A stretch of DNA of 43,603 nucleotides from Patescibacteria group bacterium (GCA_004296925.1 SCVI01000069.1:1-43603); one strand, 5' to 3'; positions 1-7,837 are shown, counted from the stretch's first letter. Notes: generated by a model from the letters alone, not told the origin. Numbers and translations: made by a program.

Positions 1-127
1 GACAAATCCGCGCGCTTCGGCGCGCCCATCCCGTCCCAATTCGTCGCTACGCGACGGACTGTTTTTCCACTTTCTTCTTCTCGCGCGCCTTCGGCACGCT
101 TGTTGTGTCGAGACGAAGTCTCGTTTT
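1..127. other. GC-rich cluster of short stem-loops, unassigned structured element
   Basis: Hairpins gcgcgc-TTCG-gcgcgc (10-25), cgtcgc-TAC-gcgacg (42-56), an imperfect gcgcgcc-TTC-ggcacgc (83-99) and cgagac-GAA-gtctcg (109-123). No ORF. Much GC-richer than the adjacent 140-4600 segment. Confidence 0.35.
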
Positions 128-322
128 GTGACCCTAACGATACAGAACTCAAAACCGCTAGTTGAACATTTGAAGGCAATCAGCAATATAGCGGGAAAGT
201 TCAAAACTCTCCAAAACAAGCCTATTTGGAGCATGGCTCAGAGCAAAGAACTCATCCCCTAATGAAGTTAAAACCTATCAGACATGCTTGATTAGTTGAT
301 TTTCTATCATTTTATACAAAAA

Positions 323-634
323 ATGACTGTAAAACAAAATGGAGGGAGAAGACTTGGAGCTGGAAGAAAGAAAGCACAGCATACTATTGCTACAGAAAAG
401 GCTCGTGAATATTTGATAAAAGAGATAGCAAAAAATCTTGAACCAATAATTACTGCTCAAATTGAAGCAGCAAAAGGAATTTCACATATAGGAAAACAAG
501 GAAGAATATATACTGAACTTCCAAATACAAAGGTTGGAGAATATCTACTGAACCAAGTAGCAGGTAAAGCGGCAATGAGTGTTGAAGTACAAGGAAAAGA
601 AGAACAGCCATTTATTATCGTAATAGACACTTAA
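323..634 (+). CDS. Small basic protein of the island, possible DNA-binding protein
   Basis: ORF track 296..634. The internal ATG at 323 gives MTVKQNGGRRLGAGRKK..., a basic Gly/Arg N-terminus typical of small phage or plasmid DNA-binding proteins. No specific family recognised. Confidence 0.4.
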   Translation: MTVKQNGGRRLGAGRKKAQHTIATEKAREYLIKEIAKNLEPIITAQIEAAKGISHIGKQGRIYTELPNTKVGEYLLNQVAGKAAMSVEVQGKEEQPFIIVIDT

Positions 635-654
635 GCCATTTAAGGCTTCTATAT

Positions 655-2856
655 CTATTGAAAGTGTTCTACAGCAATACTTAGAGGGGGGCTCATATCA
701 CGGATACCTTTAGGAAGATGCATATTTACAAAATTAGTCACGTTTGTTGCTTTCCGTTTTCTCCCAGCTTTATTGATATGAATTACAGGATTTCGTTTTA
801 TTGCTGTTGTATTGCTATGAAAATTAATTACTAAAATATTCGGATTTGATTTAAGCTCTGCAAGCTCTTTTTCACTTATGCTGCTCAATGGTACATCCTT
901 TAGGATTAGCAACTGCTTGGTAGAACCCGTTGCATACAGCAGTCCATTTGGCTTATTGGCAAATTTTGTATCCCAACTTTTTATTACGAATGTGGAAGTA
1001 GAAGTATTATCTAAAGCTGTTTTTTTTGTAGAAATATCTTTTTCATCCAAAGCAACCTCTACTGCCCTCTGAAATACCTCAAACATCTTAAGGTTTACCT
1101 TCGCCACAATGTCTCCTATTTCACGTGCTGCTTCTCTCGTTTGCTCTGCTGTCGCATATAGACGCTCCTCTGGCTTGCTCAAATATTCATACAGTTCAAG
1201 GTGTTTGGTGTATACACTATGAAGATTTATACCGGAAAGATTTTCTCCATCTCTCTCGGAAGTAATCTCTTCATAATCATCAAGAAAAGAATTATCCTCA
1301 AATTTAGTGGGGAGGTCATCCAAATCGTTAGCAGTACGAATTAGCTGTTTCATTCCTTTTATAAATGTCTCATCTTCGGGAAAAAGTTGGTCAAATTTCT
1401 CTAATTCTCGATGCTGTCCTGTCCAAGAGTATCGTTCTAGTTGATCGGCTGAAATATCTAGCTTTTCACTTGGTGTTAAATCTTCTCCTTGAAGCACTCC
1501 CATTCTTGAAAGAAGTAGAACCAAATTCCTTACATGCTCAGAGTCATTAAGATTAATTGTAAACTCTCGTTTTATGTTGTTGTTTGCAAAGGCAAAAACT
1601 TCTGCTTGAAGATGCGAATTAGCTTGCCAAAAGAATTTTGGAATTTTTGAGTAGTATTTATAAAATCGATCAATATAATCATAAATTTTAGCTGCATCAG
1701 TATAGTGTTTATCAATTTTCTTAAGAGTTTCTGTATCTATATATTGTTTTCCCTCTGCATCAAATTCTGATAAGTCATTAAGTAAGTTCTTCAGGGTAAA
1801 GAAATCATTTGCGGATTTAAAGAGAAGAAATTTCTTTAGTTCTCCAGATTCTTCATTCTCTTGCTCTATTGTAAGAACTTTGTCCAAGTATAGATTCATC
1901 TCCTCGCTTGTTGGGGTAGGGAGATAATATACATGGGTAAAAAGCGTAGGGTATTTACTCTCAATACGGCTTTGTTGTGTAAAAGCGTATGCTTTTTGAT
2001 TACAAATAAAAATAAAATGTGCAAATGACCGTCCAAAAAGATTTTTGTATTCTTTAATTGCATCTAGAGCTTCTTCGGCTTCATCTTTATCAAGCTCGTC
2101 AATTATAAAGACAATTTTCTTTCCATCTCTTTTACTTTCTAGCCATTGTTCAAACTTGGTTTCTAAATATTCTGGTGAATCATCAATACTATAACTGTCT
2201 TGGTTTTTAAAAGTGTTTTCAAAAATCTTCTCCCAGCTCCATTCAAATTTAAATCCAAGAGAAAAAGGTAAAGATAATACTCCGATTAGTCCTAGTAATT
2301 TAAGCCAAATACTTTCAAAAAATATACCCAATGTTCCAAATAATATGCCACCTATGACAAGACCAAGGCGTGCAAAGTTCCCTTCAATATTCTGAGTGAA
2401 TTGGGCAAGAATATTTTTCTTCGTTTTGTTGCTTGAAGCATTTAATAGCTCACTTGATTTTTTAAATTGCCCTATACTTTGATAATAGAGCTTTTCTATA
2501 TCAACGTCTTTTGCGAACTGTTCTGTTAAAAAGCTCGCTCTGATAAGGGAGGTTAAAAACGCCTTCCCGATTAAATCCTTTTCCTTCGATGCATCACGCA
2601 ATGTGTGTCCTACATTTACAAAAATAGGAATGATTTCATTACGAATTTCTGAAAGAGCTCTATGAACAAAAGTAGTTTTCCCAACACCTCTTACCGCAGA
2701 TACCAAAATTGTACTGGAAGTATTATTGGATATGGCATGCTTTAAGCTATTGACTTCCTTAACTCTACCTATAAAAACATGCTCATTTCTGTCTTTGCCG
2801 AAACCAAATTGTTCTGACCAATGGTCTCGAAAATAGAGTTTCATATTGCCTAACAA
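655..2856 (-). CDS. P-loop NTPase with transmembrane insertion (KAP-like / AAA_16-like), large helical C-terminal domain
   Basis: 733 aa. FIGRxxE...SAVRGVGKTT forms Walker A. Two hydrophobic helices (LGLVIGGILFGTLGIFF and LLGLIGVLSLPFSLGF) follow, then KIVFIIDELDK forms Walker B and FIFICNQ resembles sensor 1. Membrane helices between Walker A and B are the hallmark of KAP-family NTPases. Confidence 0.7.
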   Translation of the reverse strand: MLGNMKLYFRDHWSEQFGFGKDRNEHVFIGRVKEVNSLKHAISNNTSSTILVSAVRGVGKTTFVHRALSEIRNEIIPIFVNVGHTLRDASKEKDLIGKAFLTSLIRASFLTEQFAKDVDIEKLYYQSIGQFKKSSELLNASSNKTKKNILAQFTQNIEGNFARLGLVIGGILFGTLGIFFESIWLKLLGLIGVLSLPFSLGFKFEWSWEKIFENTFKNQDSYSIDDSPEYLETKFEQWLESKRDGKKIVFIIDELDKDEAEEALDAIKEYKNLFGRSFAHFIFICNQKAYAFTQQSRIESKYPTLFTHVYYLPTPTSEEMNLYLDKVLTIEQENEESGELKKFLLFKSANDFFTLKNLLNDLSEFDAEGKQYIDTETLKKIDKHYTDAAKIYDYIDRFYKYYSKIPKFFWQANSHLQAEVFAFANNNIKREFTINLNDSEHVRNLVLLLSRMGVLQGEDLTPSEKLDISADQLERYSWTGQHRELEKFDQLFPEDETFIKGMKQLIRTANDLDDLPTKFEDNSFLDDYEEITSERDGENLSGINLHSVYTKHLELYEYLSKPEERLYATAEQTREAAREIGDIVAKVNLKMFEVFQRAVEVALDEKDISTKKTALDNTSTSTFVIKSWDTKFANKPNGLLYATGSTKQLLILKDVPLSSISEKELAELKSNPNILVINFHSNTTAIKRNPVIHINKAGRKRKATNVTNFVNMHLPKGIRDMSPPLSIAVEHFQ

Positions 2857-2898
2857 TATGCCCTTAAAAGGGAACCTGCAAGGCGATTATTGCTTATT

Positions 2899-3555
2899 TT
2901 AACTACTCAGACAGTTTTGGTATTCATCATTCAGCAAGACATTTATTTTATCTATTGCTTGTTGTTTGCTCGCCTCAATTTCTTTCTTTTGATTTCCCCA
3001 AAAAGCCTGTTGGTTATTGTAGGCTTCATTCGCTAGTTGCGACGCATTGTAATTATATTGTGAGGTGAGATTAGCTTTTTGAACACCAGTCATCATGGGA
3101 TCTATGGCAGATATCTGAATACTCGCATTACTGTAAATCTTGCTTACTGCATCGTTGTATTGTTGTTGTAGAGCAGCAAATACTTCTTGAAGCTTTTTAT
3201 CTACAGTTGCGTTAAGTTTTTGAATGGAACTATCGTAGGAAGTTTGTTTATCCGCTTTACATTTTTCAATCTTTAAATTTATACTTTCTTGAATACTTAT
3301 TACTGGTTCAGCAACTTTTGCTTCTTGTTGAGGAATCTTTTTTGTTGATTTAGAAACATCCCCAACCTGTTTCTTTTCTTCCTCGATTGGAGCAGCACTT
3401 TCTGATTGAGGAGTTGATATTTGTTCTGCCTGTTGTGATTTTTGTTTCTCGTCAAAATACTTAATCCCGAAATATCCGGCTGTAGCTGTTGTACAGAGAA
3501 GGGCTACTATACCTATCAAAAGAGGTATTTGTATGAATCCTTTTTTCATATGCAT
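2899..3555 (-). CDS. Membrane-anchored coiled-coil protein, Q/N/K/S-rich ectodomain
   Basis: ORF track 2899..3657. The likely start is MHMKKGFIQIPLLIGIVALLCTTATAGYFGI (ATG at 3555 or 3549), because the upstream extension overlaps a 10-bp hairpin. One N-terminal TM helix is followed by a long low-complexity helical region. It lies 42 nt downstream of the NTPase on the same strand. Confidence 0.55.
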   Translation of the reverse strand: MHMKKGFIQIPLLIGIVALLCTTATAGYFGIKYFDEKQKSQQAEQISTPQSESAAPIEEEKKQVGDVSKSTKKIPQQEAKVAEPVISIQESINLKIEKCKADKQTSYDSSIQKLNATVDKKLQEVFAALQQQYNDAVSKIYSNASIQISAIDPMMTGVQKANLTSQYNYNASQLANEAYNNQQAFWGNQKKEIEASKQQAIDKINVLLNDEYQNCLSS

Positions 3556-3654
3556 TAGTCCAGTTAATGCTTTTTGATAAATTTGATAATGACCAACACA
3601 AAACCCGCCACTAAGCTGGGAGGCTTGCGCCTCTGTCAGGGTTTCCCCTGACAA

Positions 3655-3743
3655 CACTGGACATGCCCAAACCTAATGACGGGGTCTGTATGTCCAGTGC
3701 TTTGCTGCCATGCCTAGAGTTTTAAGGCTCTAAGTTTAGGCAT
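3655..3743. repeat. Structured element copy 1
   Basis: A 10-bp stem, CACTGGACAT (3655-3664) with ATGTCCAGTG (3690-3699), encloses the loop motif CCTAATGACGGGGTCTGT. A second stem follows: ATGCCTA (3710-3716) with TAGGCAT (3737-3743). Confidence 0.5.
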
Positions 3744-4174
3744 CGGGATATTCTGTTGTCCTAGGTAGTTTACCTCTCTTTCCCTAGCTCTGAAAATGCA
3801 ACGTGTATATTGACTCATCGATTTTTATTGTCTTATATGGTTTTTCAATATTATTGAAAACACAAAGTTGATTTCTATTTCAGCTTGCAAATAAAGAGTA
3901 GAAAAAGAATCAAAAAAGGGAAAAGTACAAATGGATTTAGCCTTTTAAAAAAGCATTTTGTAAAAACAGAAAAAATGTCTTGCAACTTCCTTTCGTTTGA
4001 TTATGATTTTCTTAGATTAGCCGTCGGGTTAATCCAACATCAAGCACTTTTTGACACCATCGGGAAAAATAAAGTACCGACGCATATAGCCTCCACTGCT
4101 GAAGTCGCATAACACTTCACAGAGTGTGAGAAAAAATCCATACAGTGAGCAACCCTCACTGACTAGAGAAAGCT

Positions 4175-4243
4175 AATGCCTTGAAGTGATTACATCTCGG
4201 CTCCCTAATTGATGAGGGGGTCTGTAATCACTCCATAGGCATT
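4175..4243. repeat. Structured element copy 2, related to 3655-3743
   Basis: The outer stem is AATGCCT (4175-4181) with AGGCATT (4237-4243). The inner 9-bp stem is GTGATTACA (4186-4194) with TGTAATCAC (4223-4231). The loop carries CCTAATTGATGAGGGGGTCTGT, the same motif as copy 1. Confidence 0.5.
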
Positions 4244-4281
4244 GGCTATTTTTTATAGTCACTGCCTAGGACTGTAAACAC

Positions 4282-4464
4282 ATGCTGTTTACTCCTGAGG
4301 ATCGTAGAAGGATAAAAAGAATCCTCCTACGCAAGCAAAGTTCTTCTAAGGAAGAACTTGAAGCGCTAGTTGATAGTTTGTTGAATCTGGCTATGGCACT
4401 CAACAAACCATGCATTAGATGTGGGGGAAATGGTCCAAAACAGCCATTTGCCCAAGAAAAATAG
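4282..4464 (+). CDS. Small hypothetical protein upstream of the recombinase (directionality factor?)
   Basis: 60-aa ORF, basic N-terminus (EDRRRIKRILLRK) with a CxxC-like CIRCGG. Its position just 5' of the recombinase is the only support. Confidence 0.25.
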   Translation: MLFTPEDRRRIKRILLRKQSSSKEELEALVDSLLNLAMALNKPCIRCGGNGPKQPFAQEK

Positions 4465-4600
4465 CCTGAGGTGGTGGAAAGGATGTGTCAGATAGGTTTT
4501 TAGGTTTAGAAACCATTTTTCACATCCTCCTACCTCTTAGCCTTTTTAGTTAGATTTTGCGCTCCCAACTTTAAGAGGGAGAATTAACTTACACTGGACT

Positions 4601-6145
4601 ATGAAAAAATTAACTGTTCTTAATCGCCCTAAAACAGCAATCATTTACACAAGGGTATCTTCCGATGAACAGGTGCAAGGGTATAGCCTTGATGACCAAG
4701 AAAGAATTTGCAAAGATTATTGCAAACGCAATAAGCTTGAACCCTTAAAGGTATTTAGGGAAGAAGGTGAATCGGCAAAATCTCTTGATCGGACGCAGAT
4801 GACATTAATGATGGAATATTGCATGCGCAATGTAGGAAAGGTCGGCTTTATTGTCGTGTACAGAACAGACAGGTTCTCTCGCAACGCCACAGACCATATC
4901 GTTCAAAGAAAGGCGTTCAGAGATTATGGTGTTGAATTAAGATCGGCTGTTGAGCCAATTGATGAGACTTCGCATGGAAAATTCTTTGAACACATGCTCG
5001 CTGGTCTGAATAATCTTGATAACGACATGAGGACGGAAAGAACTGTCACGGGGATGCGTTCCAAGGCTCTTGATGGTTATTGGTCTTGGGGCGCTCCTTG
5101 GGGGTATAGAAATATAACTGATGTGACAGGAAGGCGTGTCATTGAACCACATCCTCAAAGAGCACCGATTGTGAAATTTCTCTTTGAGGAATATTCAAGA
5201 GGAACCAGAACATTCCGTGAACTTGCAGCAGAAGTTAATGAAATGGGAGACCTGCGTAGCAAGCATGGCTTAAAGATGAGTCATCAGTTAGTGCAAAAAA
5301 TTCTTACCAACCCAATTCATTGCGGAAAAATTGATGTTCCAACTTGGGGAATAGCTACTGAAGGAAAGCATGAGCCTATTGTTTCAGTTGAACTCTTTGA
5401 GGAAGTTCAAAATGTTATGCGAGGTGGCAACTCAAGAACGCAACCGCGAAATATAAATAACCCTGATTTTCCACTCAGAGGAGTTGAATGTTTGTGCGGT
5501 ACCCATATCTCCGGAGGATATGTAACAGGTCGGAGTAAGCGTTATGGATATTACGGTTGTACAAATACAAAGTGTCCCTACAAAAAAGCAATACCAAAGC
5601 AAAAACTAGAAGATAGCTTCACCGAGTTTCTACAGAGATACACGCCAGAAACCAATCTAATGGAGGCTCTTGCGGAAGCTCTAAAGATTGTTCATAGGAA
5701 GCAGAAAAGGCAGAATACCCAACAGACACAAAAGCTTAAACAGAAAATTGAGAAACTAGAAAGGGAGCTAGAGGATTTGCTACAACTGCGGCTTGAGCAA
5801 ACTATAGACAACAGAGATTTTCTTGTTGAAACAGACAAGAGAAAGATTCTGAAGAGAGAAATAGAGGTTGCCTTACAGAATCTGCAGACAAGCAATGCCG
5901 ATGAAGAGTCAGCAATAGATTTCGGCATCAAGCTCATTGAGCAACTGCCACTTCTCTGGAAAGAACTAGAGCCAGCTGAACTGAGGCTCTTGAGAAACTC
6001 TCTCTTTCCTAAAAACATTCAATACACCGATGCTGGTTTTAAAACCGCTGAATTATCACCAATTTACAAGGTAAAAGCCGCATCTGGAACAGATGAAAAT
6101 CGTTTGGTGACCCCACGGGGAATCGAACCCCGGTTCCAAGCTTGA
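4601..6145 (+). CDS. Large serine recombinase (resolvase/invertase N-domain, recombinase domain, zinc ribbon, coiled coil)
   Basis: 514 aa. AIIYTRVSSDEQ is the catalytic-serine motif. VVYRTDRFSRN is present. The Cys cluster is CLCGTH...YYGCTNTKCPYK. A long charged coiled-coil follows (QKLKQKIEKLERELEDLLQL). The last 41 nt run antisense through tRNA-Glu. Confidence 0.9.
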   Translation: MKKLTVLNRPKTAIIYTRVSSDEQVQGYSLDDQERICKDYCKRNKLEPLKVFREEGESAKSLDRTQMTLMMEYCMRNVGKVGFIVVYRTDRFSRNATDHIVQRKAFRDYGVELRSAVEPIDETSHGKFFEHMLAGLNNLDNDMRTERTVTGMRSKALDGYWSWGAPWGYRNITDVTGRRVIEPHPQRAPIVKFLFEEYSRGTRTFRELAAEVNEMGDLRSKHGLKMSHQLVQKILTNPIHCGKIDVPTWGIATEGKHEPIVSVELFEEVQNVMRGGNSRTQPRNINNPDFPLRGVECLCGTHISGGYVTGRSKRYGYYGCTNTKCPYKKAIPKQKLEDSFTEFLQRYTPETNLMEALAEALKIVHRKQKRQNTQQTQKLKQKIEKLERELEDLLQLRLEQTIDNRDFLVETDKRKILKREIEVALQNLQTSNADEESAIDFGIKLIEQLPLLWKELEPAELRLLRNSLFPKNIQYTDAGFKTAELSPIYKVKAASGTDENRLVTPRGIEPRFQA

Positions 6146-6179
6146 AAAGCTTGTGTCCTAACCGTTAGACGATGGGGCC
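6105..6179 (-). tRNA. tRNA-Glu (anticodon UUC), CCA encoded
   Basis: The reverse complement folds as GGCCCCA / D-arm / CAAGC-TTTTCAA-GCTTG / CGGGG-TTCGATT-CCCCG / TGGGGTC-A-CCA. Confidence 0.9.
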
Positions 6180-6355
6180 GAACGAAAAGGAAAATGAATG
6201 CCTCGATTCATTTTCTTTGAGAGAGGCCACGCTTAGCCGAAGGCGACTGGGGCCACATACACTTTTCGTAGCAAGTACGGTCTACCTAAAAGGAAGGCCG
6301 TGTCAAAAAATATAGCATTTTGAGCGGAAAATGCTAGAATCCAGCGAGTTCTAGA

Positions 6356-6518
6356 AATGGAGAGGTGGCTGAGTGGAGGAAATAAGAACTACTTCTTATT
6401 TCCTCCGATTCCGTTTCGGAAAAAACTTTCTGTCTCATTTTATGAGAAAAAGTTTAGGAGGACGAACTTGTTCGAACACTCAGCCTCCTATATCCTTAGA
6501 TTTCGTCACTAGTGTGAC
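6356..6518 (+). repeat. tRNA-Ser 5'-flank module
   Basis: The 21-nt repeat AATGGAGAGGTGGCTGAGTGG occurs at 6356-6376 and 6519-6539. The spacer has hairpins (AGGAAATAAGAA-CTAC-TTCTTATTTCCT, TTCCG-TTT-CGGAA, TCTCAT-TTT-ATGAGA). CACTCAGCC (6477-6485) is antisense to GGCTGAGTG of the repeat. The spacer ends in GTGAC. Confidence 0.6.
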
Positions 6519-6521
6519 AAT

Positions 6522-6608
6522 GGAGAGGTGGCTGAGTGGTCGAAGGCACCACACTCGAAATGTGGCGTACGGGAAACTGTACCGAGAGTTCGAATCTCTC
6601 CCTCTCCG
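6522..6608 (+). tRNA. tRNA-Ser (anticodon CGA), long variable arm, no encoded CCA
   Basis: GGAGAGG acceptor, anticodon loop CTCGAAA, variable arm CGTACGGGAAACTGTAC, T-arm GAGAG-TTCGAAT-CTCTC, 3' strand CCTCTCC-G. Confidence 0.9.
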
Positions 6609-6790
6609 CACCTGATATAAAGATGCCCCGTGAGGGGTTTTCTTTATATCAGGAGGACGAGATTCGAAAACCGGAGCACGAAGGGCGAGGTCGGGCTGGC
6701 GCACTCGACGCATCGTCGCGCCGTAGGGCGTAAGTGAGAACCGGTGTCAAAATGCTTAGTGACGGGAGCCGAATCTCTCCATCTCCGCCA
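6609..6790 (+). repeat. tRNA-Ser 3'-flank module
   Basis: A long hairpin lies at 6611-6653. The antisense T segment GAGATTCGAA lies at 6659-6668, followed by AACCGGAGC, GC-rich hairpins and a terminal GTGAC. The copy CGAATCTCTCCaTCTCCGC at 6770-6788 matches 6591-6609 at 18 of 19 positions and ends in CCA. Confidence 0.6.
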
Positions 6791-6842
6791 AAATTGAAAA
6801 TCGGAATCAGAGACTAATATCGAAAAATGTTACACTAGCGAA

Positions 6843-7811
6843 GTGGAAATTTTTATTGCACTCGCAATCCTAGTTGCAGGTCTTGGAATCCTTATTTATG
6901 GAGCGGATACCTTGGTTAAGGGTGCATCATCTCTCGCATCAAGACTCGGAGTATCTGCACTCGCTGTAGGGCTCACGGTCGTCGCTTTCGGTACCTCAAC
7001 ACCAGAGTTGACTGTCAACATGTATGCAGCACTCACTGGGGCTACTGACCTTGCTGTTGGAAACGTTGTCGGATCAAACGTCGCTAACATTTTGTTAATT
7101 TTGGGTATTACAGCAATTATCACTCCACTCGCTGTGAAGAGTTCAACGGTATGGAAAGAGATGCCATTCGCACTTTTGGGAGGAATTCTTTTGCTCGTAT
7201 TAGGTGCGGACACACTCATTAGTGGTGCTGGTCCAGACATACTGACACGAGGTGAGGGTATTGCACTCTTGGGAGTTTTCGCAATTTTCATGTATTACGT
7301 TGTTGGTCTTGCAAAGCAAAACCCAACCGAAAACGAGGAAGACGTTCACGTGTATTCTACTTTGCGCTCCGTTGTCTATATCGTTCTAGGGCTCGCAGGG
7401 TTGATATTAGGCGGAAAGTTGTTGGTGGATCAAGCAGTATTTTTGGCCGGACTCTTTGGACTCTCTGAGACAGTTATTGGGCTCACCGTTGTTGCTGTCG
7501 GCACATCACTCCCTGAGCTCGCAACGTCAATAATTGCTGCACGTCGAGGACAACACGATATTGCGGTAGGTAACATTATTGGTTCAAACATCTTTAATAT
7601 CTTTTGGATATTAGGGCTCACTGCACTTATTACGCCAATACCAACTCCAACATCTTTTGTGGCCGATATTTCGTTTGAACTCGTTGTATCCACAATACTA
7701 TTCATCATTATGTTTGTTGGTCGGCGACACACCATCGACCGTTGGCAGGGGTGGGCGTTTCTTGGACTATACATTGCCTACATCACGTACCTGTTAACGT
7801 TGGCTAAATAA
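6843..7811 (+). CDS. Ca2+/Na+ antiporter, CaCA (YrbG-like) family
   Basis: 322 aa, multi-pass, with two alpha-repeat motifs (GTSTPELTV and GTSLPELATS). GTG start. Confidence 0.8.
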   Translation: MEIFIALAILVAGLGILIYGADTLVKGASSLASRLGVSALAVGLTVVAFGTSTPELTVNMYAALTGATDLAVGNVVGSNVANILLILGITAIITPLAVKSSTVWKEMPFALLGGILLLVLGADTLISGAGPDILTRGEGIALLGVFAIFMYYVVGLAKQNPTENEEDVHVYSTLRSVVYIVLGLAGLILGGKLLVDQAVFLAGLFGLSETVIGLTVVAVGTSLPELATSIIAARRGQHDIAVGNIIGSNIFNIFWILGLTALITPIPTPTSFVADISFELVVSTILFIIMFVGRRHTIDRWQGWAFLGLYIAYITYLLTLAK

Positions 7812-7837
7812 TATCTTCAGTACAGTACACTTATTAG

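Larger units (their letters stand above)
121..6145 (+). mobile_element. Putative integrated island at tRNA-Glu, carrying a large serine recombinase
   Basis: Direct repeat TCGTTT(T/G)GTGACCC at 121-134 and 6100-6113 (13 of 14 identical). The right copy is the 3' acceptor end of tRNA-Glu. The left copy continues as a decayed tRNA-3'-like remnant. The recombinase gene abuts and overlaps the tRNA. The interior is visibly AT-richer than both flanks. Confidence 0.5.

Noticed and set aside
1-127. 5S rRNA or rRNA 3' end at the window start
   Set aside because: There is only a vague resemblance (CCCATCCCGTCCC). The universal 5S loop sequences and helix I pairing are absent in both orientations.
3885-4112. 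75-aa ORF in the island's non-coding region
   Set aside because: It has a Lys-rich, low-complexity N-terminus from an A-rich tract, no RBS and an unconvincing composition. It is probably spurious, although a small protein cannot be excluded.
4204-4225. Hammerhead-ribozyme-like TGATGAG box in the island hairpin loop
   Set aside because: The second copy of the motif reads AATGAC instead. No GAAA box or three-helix junction can be drawn.
6373-6733. ORF-track entries 6373-6615(+), 6480-6713(-) and 6536-6733(+) across the tRNA-Ser locus
   Set aside because: They run through a tRNA gene and its hairpin-rich flanks. They have no RBS or coding-like composition and overlap one another, so I treat them as non-coding.
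6359-6790. A split or intron-containing tRNA-Ser, or a tmRNA, formed by the 5' fragment at 6359 and the CCA-ending 3' fragment at 6770-6790
   Set aside because: An intact tRNA-Ser lies between the two pieces. The outer halves would give a G6-A67 mismatch and a 6-nt T-loop. No tmRNA tag-ORF or pseudoknot pattern is visible. Duplication is the simpler explanation.
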